Assembly: GCA_964490935.1 (NCBI GenBank)
Contig: CAZBEO010000002.1
Span: forward strand, 12,804 to 76,803
Length of the DNA stretch: 64,000 nt
Direction: 5' to 3'
Source of the DNA: an uncultured Verrucomicrobiota bacterium
GTDB lineage: Bacteria > Verrucomicrobiota > Kiritimatiellia > RZYC01
Shown: positions 1-10,001 of the stretch, piece by piece
Layout: each line of letters starts with the position of its first letter
Numbering within the stretch: position 1 is the first letter of the stretch
Made by a program: the position numbers and the translations under genes
Notes under the pieces: model-generated
The model's database searches: none
Told to the model about the DNA's origin: nothing
The model's input: only the letters and a program-made list of their open reading frames with translations

Positions 1-231
1 ATGCGCGTCAATCAGCTCCGCAAGGGCGTCGAGTCCGCTTTTCATGGGCATGTCAATATCCATGAGAACCAGATCGGGTTTGTAGCGTCGGTAGTAGGTA
101 ATCGCGGCGGCACCGGTGGCCGCCATGCCCACCAGCTTCATCCCTGCGCGTTCGACCACCATTTTAAGTAAAAAGCGGATGTTTGCTTCATCATCCACAA
201 TCAGTACGGTCGGCTTATCGGCTTCTTTCAT
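1..231 (-). CDS. CheY-like response regulator receiver domain (runs off the left edge)
   Basis: Manual translation: MKEADKPTVLIVDDEANIRFLL...KPDLVLMDIDMPMKSGLDAL, with the DD acidic pocket and the phospho-acceptor D in LMDIDMP. Not in the supplied ORF track. Confidence 0.9.
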   Translation of the reverse strand, partial: MKEADKPTVLIVDDEANIRFLLKMVVERAGMKLVGMAATGAAAITYYRRYKPDLVLMDIDMPMKSGLDALAELIDAH

Positions 232-233
232 GA

Positions 234-1016
234 TTACCTGATGGCTCCGCAGATCCCCCGATCTGATTTTTCAATAAACCGCCAGATTTCGCTGGCGGGC
301 CCCTCCGGAAATTCCTCCTTCATTTTATCGAGTGCCTGACTGGTGTTCAGGCCCGAGTGATAGAGCATCTCAAAGGCGCGTTTGATTTCCTTGCGTTCGG
401 GCGGTGTGAATCCGGCTCGTTTCAGGCCCACCAGATTCAGCCCGGCAATACGGTTTCGCTCGGAACTTTCGGTGGTGCAGAACGGTGGCACATCTTTGCC
501 GATACCGCTTTGGCCACCGAGCATGGCCAGCCGTCCGATTTTCACAAACTGATGAATCACCACGGTGCCGCTGATGAAGGCCCCCTCGCCCACCTCGACA
601 TACCCGGCCAGGAGCACGCCATTTGCCACAATCACGCGATCGCCAAGTTGTACGTTGTGCGCAACGTGCGAAAAAGCCATCAGGAAGCATTGATTGCCGA
701 TCACGGTACGCGTTTCCGGTTTGGTGCCCCGGTGTACGGTGACGCCTTCGCGGATCACGCAGTCGTCGCCGATATCGACATAGGTCGCGCCACCCGGGAA
801 GGAAAGGTCCTGTGGCAAATCGCCGAGCACGGCCATGGCGTGTACGCGGCAACGTTGTCCGATCGTTGTGTAGGGATGAATCACCACATGGGGACCGATC
901 ACGCAGGCATCCCCGATGCGGACGTTATCGCCGATTACCGAATAGGGCCCGACTTCCACATCCGCGCCAATTTCCGCCGTGGTTCCGATGATTGCCGTTG
1001 GATGAATCTTTGCCAT
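234..1016 (-). CDS. lpxA: Acyl-ACP:UDP-N-acetylglucosamine O-acyltransferase
   Basis: Hexapeptide repeats, IHPTAII start, PQDL, HVAH, IHQF and GLNLVGLKRAGF motifs. Confidence 0.93.
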   Translation of the reverse strand: MAKIHPTAIIGTTAEIGADVEVGPYSVIGDNVRIGDACVIGPHVVIHPYTTIGQRCRVHAMAVLGDLPQDLSFPGGATYVDIGDDCVIREGVTVHRGTKPETRTVIGNQCFLMAFSHVAHNVQLGDRVIVANGVLLAGYVEVGEGAFISGTVVIHQFVKIGRLAMLGGQSGIGKDVPPFCTTESSERNRIAGLNLVGLKRAGFTPPERKEIKRAFEMLYHSGLNTSQALDKMKEEFPEGPASEIWRFIEKSDRGICGAIR

Positions 1017-1024
1017 GTGCTCTC

Positions 1025-1786
1025 CTAAAAAGTTACCAGTCCGTCTTCGCGCAAACTCACAAATGAATAGGAATCCCGTTCCGGGTCACAGCCGAGGATT
1101 ATATGGTCCAGCAGCTTGATATCAATGATTTTGCCACTTTCAATTAATTTTCGGGTAATACGCAGATCTTCCTGCGATGGAGCCGGATCGCCCGAGGGAT
1201 GGTTGTGCGCCACAATCACGGCGGCGGCGGAGGTACGTATGGCCTCGCGGAAGACCTCGCGCGAATGAACCAGGCTCGCATCCAGGATGCCTCGGGTAAT
1301 CTCCCGTGGGCGTTGTTTGAGGCCGTTCTTCGCATCCAGAATCAGGAGCCAGAAGGTCTCGCCTTCGCGTCCTCGGAGTAGCGGGCGTATGACTTCGGCC
1401 ACATCCGCCGGAGCGGTCATGCGCTTTTTGGGAGCGTTTTCCTCATCCCGAATGCGCACGCCGATTTCGAGCGCGGCCTTCAGCACCTGAGCCCGCACCT
1501 GCCCCAGTCCCTTGAATTGCGCGAGTTCATCCACGGAAGCCAGGGAGAGCACCGGTAGAGAGCCGTAGTGCAGGATCAAATCCTGTGCGATACGCAGCAC
1601 GCTTCGCCCCTGAATACCGCTGCGCAGAATCAGCGCAATCAGCACCTGATCGGAAACGTTTTCCATGCCCACGCGCTCAGCCAATTCCCTTGGGCGCTCA
1701 TGCATCGGCAGATCACACACCCGAAACGTATCCGCCGGCAACGGATATTCATGTACAGCCGCAGGCTTTGGTTCACGTTTCGTCAT
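1025..1786 (-). CDS. radC: RadC family protein (JAB domain)
   Basis: ERPRE N-terminus, HhH motif KGLGQVRA, HSREVF and AHNHPSGDPAPSQED JAB motif, LLDHII. Confidence 0.93.
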   Translation of the reverse strand: MTKREPKPAAVHEYPLPADTFRVCDLPMHERPRELAERVGMENVSDQVLIALILRSGIQGRSVLRIAQDLILHYGSLPVLSLASVDELAQFKGLGQVRAQVLKAALEIGVRIRDEENAPKKRMTAPADVAEVIRPLLRGREGETFWLLILDAKNGLKQRPREITRGILDASLVHSREVFREAIRTSAAAVIVAHNHPSGDPAPSQEDLRITRKLIESGKIIDIKLLDHIILGCDPERDSYSFVSLREDGLVTF

Positions 1787-3120
1787 GCGTTTTGTTCTCC
1801 ATCGGCTTTCGATTTTTCCTCATCATACACGGCCTGAATGATTTCGTATGCGCCATATCTTCCGGCTTGTGCTTCCTGGAGGCGGACGCGCATCAGGATG
1901 CCCGAGAGGCCCGTTGCTTGTTCCAGCACAGTTCCATGCGTATGCAGGGCGGACTGAACCCGCGCCTCAGCAAAGGGAATCCGCAGATACACCTCGCGCA
2001 AGGAGGTGCGCAATTGATCGGCCAGCAGGGCGAGGAGATCCGGCAGGCCTTCACCGGTTTTGGCGGAGACGGGTACGGCCAGCCGATGCATTTTGCACAG
2101 GCCCTCGGCATGCAGAGCACCCGTTGGCGTGTCCATTTTGTTCACCGCCATGATGGTTTTCCGGCCGCCGATGCCGAGTTCATCCAGCACCCGATGCACC
2201 GCGCTGATTTGCTCCTCCACCTGCTCGCAGGAGGCATCCACCACATGAATGAGTACATCGGCCTCCATCACTTCTTCCAGCGTAGCGCGAAAGGCCTCGA
2301 TCAAATGATGCGGAAGTTTGTTGATAAAGCCGACGGTATCGCTGATGAGCGCGGGGAGATGATTGGGCAGTTCGACCTTCCGCACCGTGGTATCGAGCGT
2401 GACAAAGAGTGCGTCTTTGACCTCCACATTCGCTTCGGTCAGCGCGTTGAGCAGCGTGGATTTCCCGGCGTTGGTATAGCCGATCAGCGAGGCGGTGGCC
2501 CAGCCGTGGCGGCTTCGTCCCCGCCGCAACTCCTGCCGATGCCTGCGCACCTCTTTGAGATCTTTTTGAATGCGGGTGATTTTTTCTTTGATGCGTCGGC
2601 GGTCCACTTCCATCTGTTTTTCACCCGGTCCACCGCGTATGCCGATGCCACCGGTCTGGCGCTCGAGATGCGTCCAGAGTCGGCGCAGGCGGGGCAGTTG
2701 ATAATTCAACAGGGCCAGCTCGACTTGCAGCATGCCCTCCTTGGTTTTAGCGTGACGCGCAAAGATATCGAGAATGACCTGCGTACGGTCCACCACGCGG
2801 CATTTGAATGCCGCCTCGAGATTGCGGCCCTGCGCGGGAGAAATTTCATCATCGAAGATCGCGCAGTCACACTGCTTTTCCTCAATCAGGGCAGCCAGGT
2901 TTTCTGCGGTCCCCTTGCCGATGTAATGGCTCGGTTGTACGGCTTTATATTTAAGCACCTGTTGCTCCACCACGGTCCCGCCCAGTGCATGAACGAGCCG
3001 AGCCAGTTCCTGGAGCGAGTCGTTGACCAGGCATTCGTCATCGGTGTGCCGCCTCACGCTCAAGAGGAGGCATCGTTCGCCCGGCGGTGTGGTGGCCCAC
3101 CCGGTTGTTTTTTCTTTCAT
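1783..3120 (-). CDS. hflX: GTPase HflX
   Basis: DRTQVILDIFARHA, LQVELA, RGPGEKQMEVDRR, GYTNAGKSTL, DTVGF, NKMD. Confidence 0.96.
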   Translation of the reverse strand: MKEKTTGWATTPPGERCLLLSVRRHTDDECLVNDSLQELARLVHALGGTVVEQQVLKYKAVQPSHYIGKGTAENLAALIEEKQCDCAIFDDEISPAQGRNLEAAFKCRVVDRTQVILDIFARHAKTKEGMLQVELALLNYQLPRLRRLWTHLERQTGGIGIRGGPGEKQMEVDRRRIKEKITRIQKDLKEVRRHRQELRRGRSRHGWATASLIGYTNAGKSTLLNALTEANVEVKDALFVTLDTTVRKVELPNHLPALISDTVGFINKLPHHLIEAFRATLEEVMEADVLIHVVDASCEQVEEQISAVHRVLDELGIGGRKTIMAVNKMDTPTGALHAEGLCKMHRLAVPVSAKTGEGLPDLLALLADQLRTSLREVYLRIPFAEARVQSALHTHGTVLEQATGLSGILMRVRLQEAQAGRYGAYEIIQAVYDEEKSKADGEQNA

Positions 3121-4056
3121 TCAGTTTTCCGTTTCATGGAGATAAGCAGGAGGCATTTCCTGCCAACAGGTCCATACCCGATCGGCCAGCTCCTGCTCGT
3201 TTGATTCAGTATGCACATCCATCCACTGCATATCAAATTGATGATTGAACCAGGTCATCTGGCGTTTGGCCAGTTGCCGGGTTCGAACGACAGTTTGCGC
3301 CATCGCTTCTTCACGCGAAAATTCTCCGCGCAGCAGGGCAAACGCCTCGCGATAACCAATGGCTTGGGCGGCCGTTTCCGAAAGCGCGTCGCCGAGGCTC
3401 AGCAGGCGTTCCGCCTCTTCGAGCAGGCCTTCGGCATACATCGCACGAACCCGCGATTCGATGCGCGCAGTTAGCAGTGCCCGATCCCAGCGAAGCCCAA
3501 GCAGCGGATGCGGCCCGCCCGCCTGCCAGTCCGATGTACGTCCGGCATCCGGATGCCGACTTTTTTCCAGGGCCCGGATGATTCTTCGCGGGTTGGCCTG
3601 ATCGCTGATTTGCTCATAGGTTTCCGGGGAGGTTTTTCGTGCGTATTCCTGAAGGCCCAGAAGGCCGGACTCTTCCAGCAGTTGATTCATCTCGGCGCGA
3701 AAGGCCGGGTCTGCAGGCGGACTTTCATCGAGCCCAGCCAGCAGGCATTTGATGTAGAGCCCGGTGCCGCCGGTCACCAGGAAAGCCTCCTCATGCACGG
3801 TGTTCTTCACATAGGCCATGAAATCGCCCACGCTGAAAGCGGTGTTCGGGGGGGTCAGATTTACGCCGTGATAGGTCACCTCTTCGCGCTCGCGCCGGGC
3901 CGGTTTGGCCGTGCCGATGTCCAAACCCTGATAGACCGCCATAGAATCGGCTGATAGGACGGGGAGATTATGCTGAAGGGCCAGCCGATGAATCACAGCG
4001 GACTTGCCCGCTGCAGTCGGGCCGGCAAGAATATAGACACGTTGCTTATTCGTCAT
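3121..4056 (-). CDS. miaA: tRNA dimethylallyltransferase
   Basis: AGPTAAGKS P-loop, SADSMAVY, DIGTAKP, GGTGLY, TRQLAKRQMTWF. Start placed at MTNKQ, overlapping the lspA stop. Confidence 0.95.
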   Translation of the reverse strand: MTNKQRVYILAGPTAAGKSAVIHRLALQHNLPVLSADSMAVYQGLDIGTAKPARREREEVTYHGVNLTPPNTAFSVGDFMAYVKNTVHEEAFLVTGGTGLYIKCLLAGLDESPPADPAFRAEMNQLLEESGLLGLQEYARKTSPETYEQISDQANPRRIIRALEKSRHPDAGRTSDWQAGGPHPLLGLRWDRALLTARIESRVRAMYAEGLLEEAERLLSLGDALSETAAQAIGYREAFALLRGEFSREEAMAQTVVRTRQLAKRQMTWFNHQFDMQWMDVHTESNEQELADRVWTCWQEMPPAYLHETEN

Positions 4057-4516
4057 GAGGCGGTTCATGGCTGCCGCGCTCATCCAGATAGGAGGAGAGC
4101 AGATAAAGCCCCACTCCGGTGCAGATCGCGGCATCGGCCACATTGAACGACGGCCAGTGCCAATTGGCAACATAGAAATCCAGAAAATCGGTGACGGCGC
4201 CTTGCTTGACCCGATCAATCAGGTTGCCAATAATTCCACCCGCCAGTAGACCGAAGGCCGCCCGATGCACCCGCCCCCCGTTCAAAAAAGAGCGCCGGAA
4301 AACAACCATCAGGATCAGCATGACAATGGAAAGCAGCGAGAGAAACATATTCTGCTTCGCGAGCATACCCCACGCTGCACCGGTATTGCGCAGATGCGTC
4401 AGATTCATCAACCCGGGAATCACCGGAAGCACGCTGCCAAAAGCCAGATGTTCCCGGACGAGCATCTTGGATACCTGATCGAGCACCACAATCGCCAGGC
4501 AGATGTACAGACTCAT
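4046..4516 (-). CDS. lspA: Lipoprotein signal peptidase II
   Basis: DQVSK, NTGAAWG, GNLIDR, VTDFLDF, WPSFNVAD motifs. Start at MSLYICL. Confidence 0.96.
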   Translation of the reverse strand: MSLYICLAIVVLDQVSKMLVREHLAFGSVLPVIPGLMNLTHLRNTGAAWGMLAKQNMFLSLLSIVMLILMVVFRRSFLNGGRVHRAAFGLLAGGIIGNLIDRVKQGAVTDFLDFYVANWHWPSFNVADAAICTGVGLYLLSSYLDERGSHEPPHDE

Positions 4517-4542
4517 GAATCGGTCCCCGATCGGGTTGTAGT

Positions 4543-5409
4543 TCAATAGTGGGTAGAAAGCGTCGGCCCGAGCGGACGGTACTTCACGGAACCTTTTTCC
4601 TTGGCCGATTTGCACTTGATGCATAGTCGGGCAAACGGAAGCGCCTCCAGGCGCGCCTTTTCAATCTGACACTCACAGTCCTCACACGCCCCATACGTCC
4701 CCTCGTCAATACGGCGCAGCGCATCGTTGATCTCATACAATACGTCGTGTTCGGCACTCACCAGATTCAGAGAGAATTCACGATTGAAATTGTCGGTGCC
4801 GTGATCCGCCATGTGCATGCCGTGCATGGTCATGTCGCCCGCCGTATCCTTCATCGAGCGATTCAGACTATCATCGGTCAGAAATTCAATTTCGCCCAAC
4901 ACCCGGTCACGCAGATTCTCCAACTCCCTTCTCAGCATCTTCCGGTCGCTTTGCGACAACTTGGCCATGCCCCGCGTTTGGACTTCATTCAACTTCTTCT
5001 TGAAGGAATCCATCGCGTTTTTTGAGTTCATCTGCGCCTTTTTCTGCGTTGCAGGTGCTTTTTTGGACTTTACAGGCACTTTTTTTGCTGGCGCGGCTTT
5101 TTTCACAGAAACGGCTTTTTTCACCGTTTTTGCGATGGGTTTCAACTTGGCCACAGCCTTGACCACCTTTTTTACCGATGGAACCGCTTTTTTTGCTTTT
5201 TTTGCGATTATTACCGGTTTTTTCGCTTTTTTTGTCGTTTTTTTGTCGTTTTTGGCCGTTTTCACTACTTTTTTGTCGTTTTTTATGACTTTTTTAACGC
5301 TTTTAACGACTTTTTCGGTCTTTTTTCCAGTTTTCAGCGCGGCTTTTTTGGCCTTAACGGGGGTAGTTTTTTTCGTTTTTTTAACAGCGGTGATCGTCTT
5401 TTTTGCCAT
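4543..5409 (-). CDS. dksA: DksA/TraR C4 zinc-finger protein with a long Lys/Ala/Val-rich N-terminal tail
   Basis: C-terminal coiled coil with HMADHGTD tip and EINDALRRIDEGTYGACEDC...RLEALPFARLCIKC zinc finger; about 125 aa basic low-complexity N-terminus. Confidence 0.85.
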   Translation of the reverse strand: MAKKTITAVKKTKKTTPVKAKKAALKTGKKTEKVVKSVKKVIKNDKKVVKTAKNDKKTTKKAKKPVIIAKKAKKAVPSVKKVVKAVAKLKPIAKTVKKAVSVKKAAPAKKVPVKSKKAPATQKKAQMNSKNAMDSFKKKLNEVQTRGMAKLSQSDRKMLRRELENLRDRVLGEIEFLTDDSLNRSMKDTAGDMTMHGMHMADHGTDNFNREFSLNLVSAEHDVLYEINDALRRIDEGTYGACEDCECQIEKARLEALPFARLCIKCKSAKEKGSVKYRPLGPTLSTHY

Positions 5410-5521
5410 GAGGGTTACCCTGCTTTTAGTTAATGATTTTTCGACTACCATTTACTCTGAAACGTCCCCGTCCAGAAAAAGGTGGCCGTCTTTATCACAC
5501 GCCTATGTTCCTGTCAATGTG

Positions 5522-8500
5522 TTATGCGCATTCAAGGTGCAGGGTGCAGGGAATGCCGTTGATGTCCCACTGAACGCCCCCGGAAAGAGGCGTCTTTGCT
5601 TCGTGCCATTCCAAGGCCAGCGTTTCATTTTTTAGGTATTCTTCGTGGATTTTCAGGGCTTTGAGCAGGGCTTCTTCAGCATTCACATGGATGACAATGC
5701 GCTGCACCACGTCGTAATCAGCCTCTTTGCGCATGTTCTGGATCTTGTTGATCACCTCGCGGACGAGCCCTTCGGTGACGAGAGCCTCGGTCAGCTCGGT
5801 TTCAAGGGCCACCACGAGATGCCCTTCCGAGGCCACGGCGAGGTTTTCTTTCGGCAGGCGCTCGACGGCCAGGTCATCGCCGGTGAGGGTGAATGCCGCC
5901 CCGTCGATTTCAATGGTCACGCTCGCGCCATCCATCGCCTGCAGGAGTTCCTCCTGCGTAAGCCGGGCAATGGCCGGACCGGCCTTCTTCACGGAGGGGC
6001 CCAAGCGAGGCCCGAGCGTCTTGAAGTTCGGCTTGGCGCGCAGCGTGGCTAGTTCCGTTTCCCGGTCGCTAAACCGGACAGCCTTCACGTTTAGTTCATC
6101 GATGATGATGTGTTTGAGTTCCTCCAACTCATTGAGTGACTGAGCGTCGCGACTGACAATATGAATGCCCTTGAGGGGCTGGCGTACCTTTAGATTGTGC
6201 TCGGCGCGCACCTGGCGTCCCAGGCGCACCACCGTCATGACCAAGTCCATGCGCTGCTCGAGTTCGACATCGCGATGCGCGGAATCGCCCGCCGGGAAAT
6301 CACACAGGTGAATGGATTCGGGCAGGTCTTCCGTGCGCAGATTGCGGTAAATGGCCTCGCTGATGAAAGGCACGAAGGGGGCCGCCACCGTGCTCAGCCG
6401 CAGCAGTACGCGATAAAGCGTTTCATAGGCTTCCGACTTATCGCCATCGTCCGTGGATTTCCAGAAACGGCGTCGGCTGCGCCGGATGTACCAGTTGGTG
6501 AGGTCCTCGATGAACCGAACGAACGGTTTGACCGATTTCTGGAGGTCATATCCATCCATCGCCTCCATCACTTCGCGCGTGAGCCGCTCCATGGAGCTGA
6601 TGATCCAGCGATCGAGCAGATTGGCCGGTTTGCTCACCGTGCCGCCCGGCTTCCAGCCATCAATCCGCGCATAGGTGACAAAGAAGGAATAGGCATTCCA
6701 CCACGGAATCAAGAAGTGACGCAATGCGTGTTTAACGCCTTCTTCCGAAAAACACAAATCTTCGGCCCGCACCACCGGCGAGTTGATCATGTAGAGACGC
6801 AACGCATCTGCGCCATACGCCTCGATCACCGTTTTCGGGTCCGGATAATTTTTCAGGCGCTTGCTCATCTTGCGCCCGTCCTCCGCCAGGATCAACCCGT
6901 TCACCACCACATTACGAAAGGCAGGCTTGTCGAACAGCGCCGTGGAAAGCACCATCAGCGTGTAGAACCAGCCGCGCGTCTGATCAAGTCCTTCCGCAAT
7001 GAAATCGGCTGGGAAATGTTCTTCAAACTGTTCCTTGTTTTCAAACGGATAATGATTCTGCGCATAAGGCATGGCCCCGCTCTCGAACCAGCAGTCGAGC
7101 ACTTCCGGAATGCGTTTCAGCGGTGCGCCGCCCGTGGACGAAGGTATTTCCAGATCATCCACATAGTGCTTATGCAGGTCCGTCACTTTTTTGCCCGTAC
7201 GTTTTTCGAGTTCCTCCACCGACCCGATACACACCACTTCGCTTCCGTCCTCATTCTTCCAGATCGGCAGCGGCGTACCCCAGTAGCGGTTTCGGGAAAT
7301 CGCCCAGTCGCGCGCTCCTTCGAGCCACTTGCCGAAGCGACCTTCCTTCAGATGAGCTGGCAACCAAGTGACCTGCTTGTTCGCCTCGATGATGCGATCG
7401 CGAATCTGCTCCACGCGCACGAACCAGGTCGAAATGCCACGGTAAATCAATGGCGCATCGCATCGCCAGCAATGAGGATAACTATGCACGATCGTACTGC
7501 GGTGAACCAGAATGCCTTCCTCTTTCAACCTACGTATAATATCGGCGTCGCATTCCTTCACCCCGCGCCCCGCATAGTCCGTCACCTCCGGTGCGAAACG
7601 CCCCTCATCATCCACAGGGCACAACATCGGCAGGCCCATCTCTTTTCCCAGCGCGCAGTCGTCTTCGCCGAATCCCGGCGCGATGTGTACAATGCCCGTA
7701 CCATCTTCCGTGGAGACAAACGGTGCGCACCCCACCGTGAAAGCCCCCTCCTCCTCCAACTGCGCGAAATATGGGAACAGCGGCTCATAGCTCAGACCCG
7801 CCAACGACGCCCCCCGCACCTCTTCGATTAATTCATATTCCTCGGCGCTCTTATAATACGCGCCGAGACGTGCCTTCGCCAAAATGTACACCGACTCCCC
7901 GTCACGCACCTTGACATACTCCACCTCCGGCCCAACCGCTAGGGCCAGGTTCGAGGGCAGCGTCCAAGGCGTCGTCGTCCACGCCAGCAGAAAGGTATTC
8001 TCCACACCCTTCACCCGGAAACGAATCGTAATGGCGGGGTCCTGCACATCTTTGTAACCCTGATTCGTTTCAAAATTGGAAAGCGGCGTCGAACAGCGCG
8101 GGCAATACGGCAGAATCTTCTGCCCTTCATAAATCAGCCCCTTGTCCCACAGTGACTTGAACACCCACCAGATCGACTCCATATATTCAGGCGACATAGT
8201 TTTGTAGTCGTGATCAAAATCCACCCAGCGCCCCATCCGCGTAACAATCTGCCGCCATTCCTGCGTGTAGCGCAGCACAATGCTTCGGCATTTTTCATTG
8301 AAGACCCCCACCCCCATTTTTTCAATATCCTGCTTGCCGCTGATATGGAGTTCCTGCTCCATTTCATACTCCACGGGCAGGCCGTGGCAATCCCATCCGA
8401 AACGACGGCGGACATGGCAGCCACGCATCGCCTGATAACGCGGAACGATATCCTTGATTGTGCCCGCCAGCAAGTGGCCGTAATGCGGCAGACCCGTGGC

Positions 8501-8659
8501 AAACGGAGGACCGTCATAAAACAGATACTCCCGACATCCCTCACGCTGCTCCAGCGATTTCTCGAAAATGCGTTCCGCCTCCCAGAATTTCAGGATGGCT
8601 TCTTCCATTTCGGGAAAACTCACTTTATTCGACACGGGTTCCAGCATGACGGGCTCCAT
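5522..8659 (-). CDS. ileS: Isoleucine--tRNA ligase (type 2)
   Basis: FYDGPPFATGLPHYGH, GWDCHGLPVE, WTTTPWTLPSN, DWAISRNRYWGTP, EGLDQTRGWFY, KMSKR. Start at 8659 or 8647. Confidence 0.97.
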   Translation of the reverse strand: MEPVMLEPVSNKVSFPEMEEAILKFWEAERIFEKSLEQREGCREYLFYDGPPFATGLPHYGHLLAGTIKDIVPRYQAMRGCHVRRRFGWDCHGLPVEYEMEQELHISGKQDIEKMGVGVFNEKCRSIVLRYTQEWRQIVTRMGRWVDFDHDYKTMSPEYMESIWWVFKSLWDKGLIYEGQKILPYCPRCSTPLSNFETNQGYKDVQDPAITIRFRVKGVENTFLLAWTTTPWTLPSNLALAVGPEVEYVKVRDGESVYILAKARLGAYYKSAEEYELIEEVRGASLAGLSYEPLFPYFAQLEEEGAFTVGCAPFVSTEDGTGIVHIAPGFGEDDCALGKEMGLPMLCPVDDEGRFAPEVTDYAGRGVKECDADIIRRLKEEGILVHRSTIVHSYPHCWRCDAPLIYRGISTWFVRVEQIRDRIIEANKQVTWLPAHLKEGRFGKWLEGARDWAISRNRYWGTPLPIWKNEDGSEVVCIGSVEELEKRTGKKVTDLHKHYVDDLEIPSSTGGAPLKRIPEVLDCWFESGAMPYAQNHYPFENKEQFEEHFPADFIAEGLDQTRGWFYTLMVLSTALFDKPAFRNVVVNGLILAEDGRKMSKRLKNYPDPKTVIEAYGADALRLYMINSPVVRAEDLCFSEEGVKHALRHFLIPWWNAYSFFVTYARIDGWKPGGTVSKPANLLDRWIISSMERLTREVMEAMDGYDLQKSVKPFVRFIEDLTNWYIRRSRRRFWKSTDDGDKSEAYETLYRVLLRLSTVAAPFVPFISEAIYRNLRTEDLPESIHLCDFPAGDSAHRDVELEQRMDLVMTVVRLGRQVRAEHNLKVRQPLKGIHIVSRDAQSLNELEELKHIIIDELNVKAVRFSDRETELATLRAKPNFKTLGPRLGPSVKKAGPAIARLTQEELLQAMDGASVTIEIDGAAFTLTGDDLAVERLPKENLAVASEGHLVVALETELTEALVTEGLVREVINKIQNMRKEADYDVVQRIVIHVNAEEALLKALKIHEEYLKNETLALEWHEAKTPLSGGVQWDINGIPCTLHLECA

Positions 8660-8970
8660 GGATAGGGGTTCTTGATGGTGAGCGGCGATGGTATGGCAAT
8701 GCCGCCGCAGTTCAAGTTTTTGATAAAGATATTTTCTCTCGGGAGGGCCCGTGTCCCCACGGGCCAAGCGGAGAGTAAGCGCGCAGAGCAAGAGAAATAA
8801 GGAATGATCTGGAGAAAGATACAAGGACGCTGGGGACAGCATCCCTCCCAAAATTCGCAACACTTGCTTCGCTGCGTTCAGAGCCTCTTCAATCTATCGC
8901 CGCGCTGTTCCTCACGAAAAAGACGGAAGAACCGTTTCGTAGTGCAAAAAACGCCTTTCCCTCTCTCTCA

Positions 8971-9035
8971 CACAACAGCGTACCCGCTGTTGTTAACTGG
9001 CAGAACGGCGGGCCCTAAGCCCGCCGTTCTGCCAG
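8971..9035 (+). repeat. Double-hairpin REP/MITE-like element (97-bp family, partial copy)
   Basis: ACAACAGCG-TACC-CGCTGTTGT followed by the perfect 17-bp stem CTGGCAGAACGGCGGGC/GCCCGCCGTTCTGCCAG; related copies at 17947, 31284, 34483 and 42285. Confidence 0.85.
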
Positions 9036-10001
9036 CAGGATAAAGAGAAAAAACGGACCGCCCAGAACCGCCGTCACCACGCCCACCGGCAATTCCAATG
9101 GTGAAAACATCGACCGCGCAAAGGTGTCGCAAAGGGTCAACAACACCGCCCCGCAGCAGACCGTCGGAATCATGTTGTCCCCATGCCCAAATGAAAACAG
9201 ACGCCGACTCAGATGCGGCACAATAATTCCGATAAAGCCGATGGGCCCGCAGAAGGCCACCAGGATGCCGGTCAAAACCGATACCGAAAAATACAATGTC
9301 TTTCTCAACCGATGCACCTGCACGCCGCGGGTTTTGGCCAGGTCCTCCCCCGTCAGCAACTGATCGAGTTCGTGCCGACGCCTGTAAAAAAACCACAGCG
9401 ACGGGAGGAAAAACACCGCCAGCACCCACGCGCTGCGATAATCCGATGCGCTTAGCGACCCCATCAGCCAGCGCACCATCCGGTACGTGTCCTGATCATT
9501 ACTCAGAAATTGAATCAGCAAAATCAAACTCGCACAAAACAGATTCACCGAGACCCCCGCCAGCAGCAGGGTCTGATTCGAAAAGCGTTTACGAGACGAG
9601 GCAATGCGGTAGACCAGCGCAATCGTCAGCACCGCCCCGCCCAAGGCCATTGGAATCACCGGTGAAAAAAACAGAATGGTTCGGTTCAAGCCCAGCGCCA
9701 AACCAAGCACCGCCCCCAGCGCCGCACCACTCGATACGCCCAGGGTATACGGTGTGGCCAGCGGATTGCGAAAAAGCGTTTGAAAAATCAGACCGCAGAC
9801 CGCCAGCGATGCCCCCGCCAGCATGGCCGTCAACATGCGCGGCACCCGAAGCTGCAACAGAATCTGCCGCTCCAGCGCCGCACCGCTGCCATCCCCCCAA
9901 AGCGTCGCAGGGTTCGTCCATTGAACACCCATCAACGGCGTGATCAAGATCACCAGCAAAACCAAGAGATAGAGAGTCTTCTTCTTTTGGCTGAATGTCA
10001 T
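9015..10001 (-). CDS. FecCD/BtuC family iron-siderophore or cobalamin ABC transporter permease
   Basis: LRVPRM, FRNPLATPYTLGVSSGAALG, GEDLAKTRGV, GPIGFIGIIVPH, ELPVGVVTAVLGGPFF. Confidence 0.92.
   Translation of the reverse strand: MTFSQKKKTLYLLVLLVILITPLMGVQWTNPATLWGDGSGAALERQILLQLRVPRMLTAMLAGASLAVCGLIFQTLFRNPLATPYTLGVSSGAALGAVLGLALGLNRTILFFSPVIPMALGGAVLTIALVYRIASSRKRFSNQTLLLAGVSVNLFCASLILLIQFLSNDQDTYRMVRWLMGSLSASDYRSAWVLAVFFLPSLWFFYRRRHELDQLLTGEDLAKTRGVQVHRLRKTLYFSVSVLTGILVAFCGPIGFIGIIVPHLSRRLFSFGHGDNMIPTVCCGAVLLTLCDTFARSMFSPLELPVGVVTAVLGGPFFLFILLAERRA

Noticed and set aside
1025-1786. radC as a marker of a mobile or anti-restriction element
   Set aside because: Full-length HhH+JAB form embedded in a housekeeping operon.
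1585-3204. 539-aa plus-strand ORF
   Set aside because: Antisense shadow of hflX; no motifs. Long shadow ORFs are typical of GC-rich coding DNA.
6197-7831. 544-aa plus-strand ORF
   Set aside because: Antisense shadow of ileS.
8660-8970. T-box riboswitch upstream of ileS
   Set aside because: No T-box consensus (GGTGGNACCGCG) found on the coding strand; only a short GGCCCGTG/CACGGGCC hairpin.
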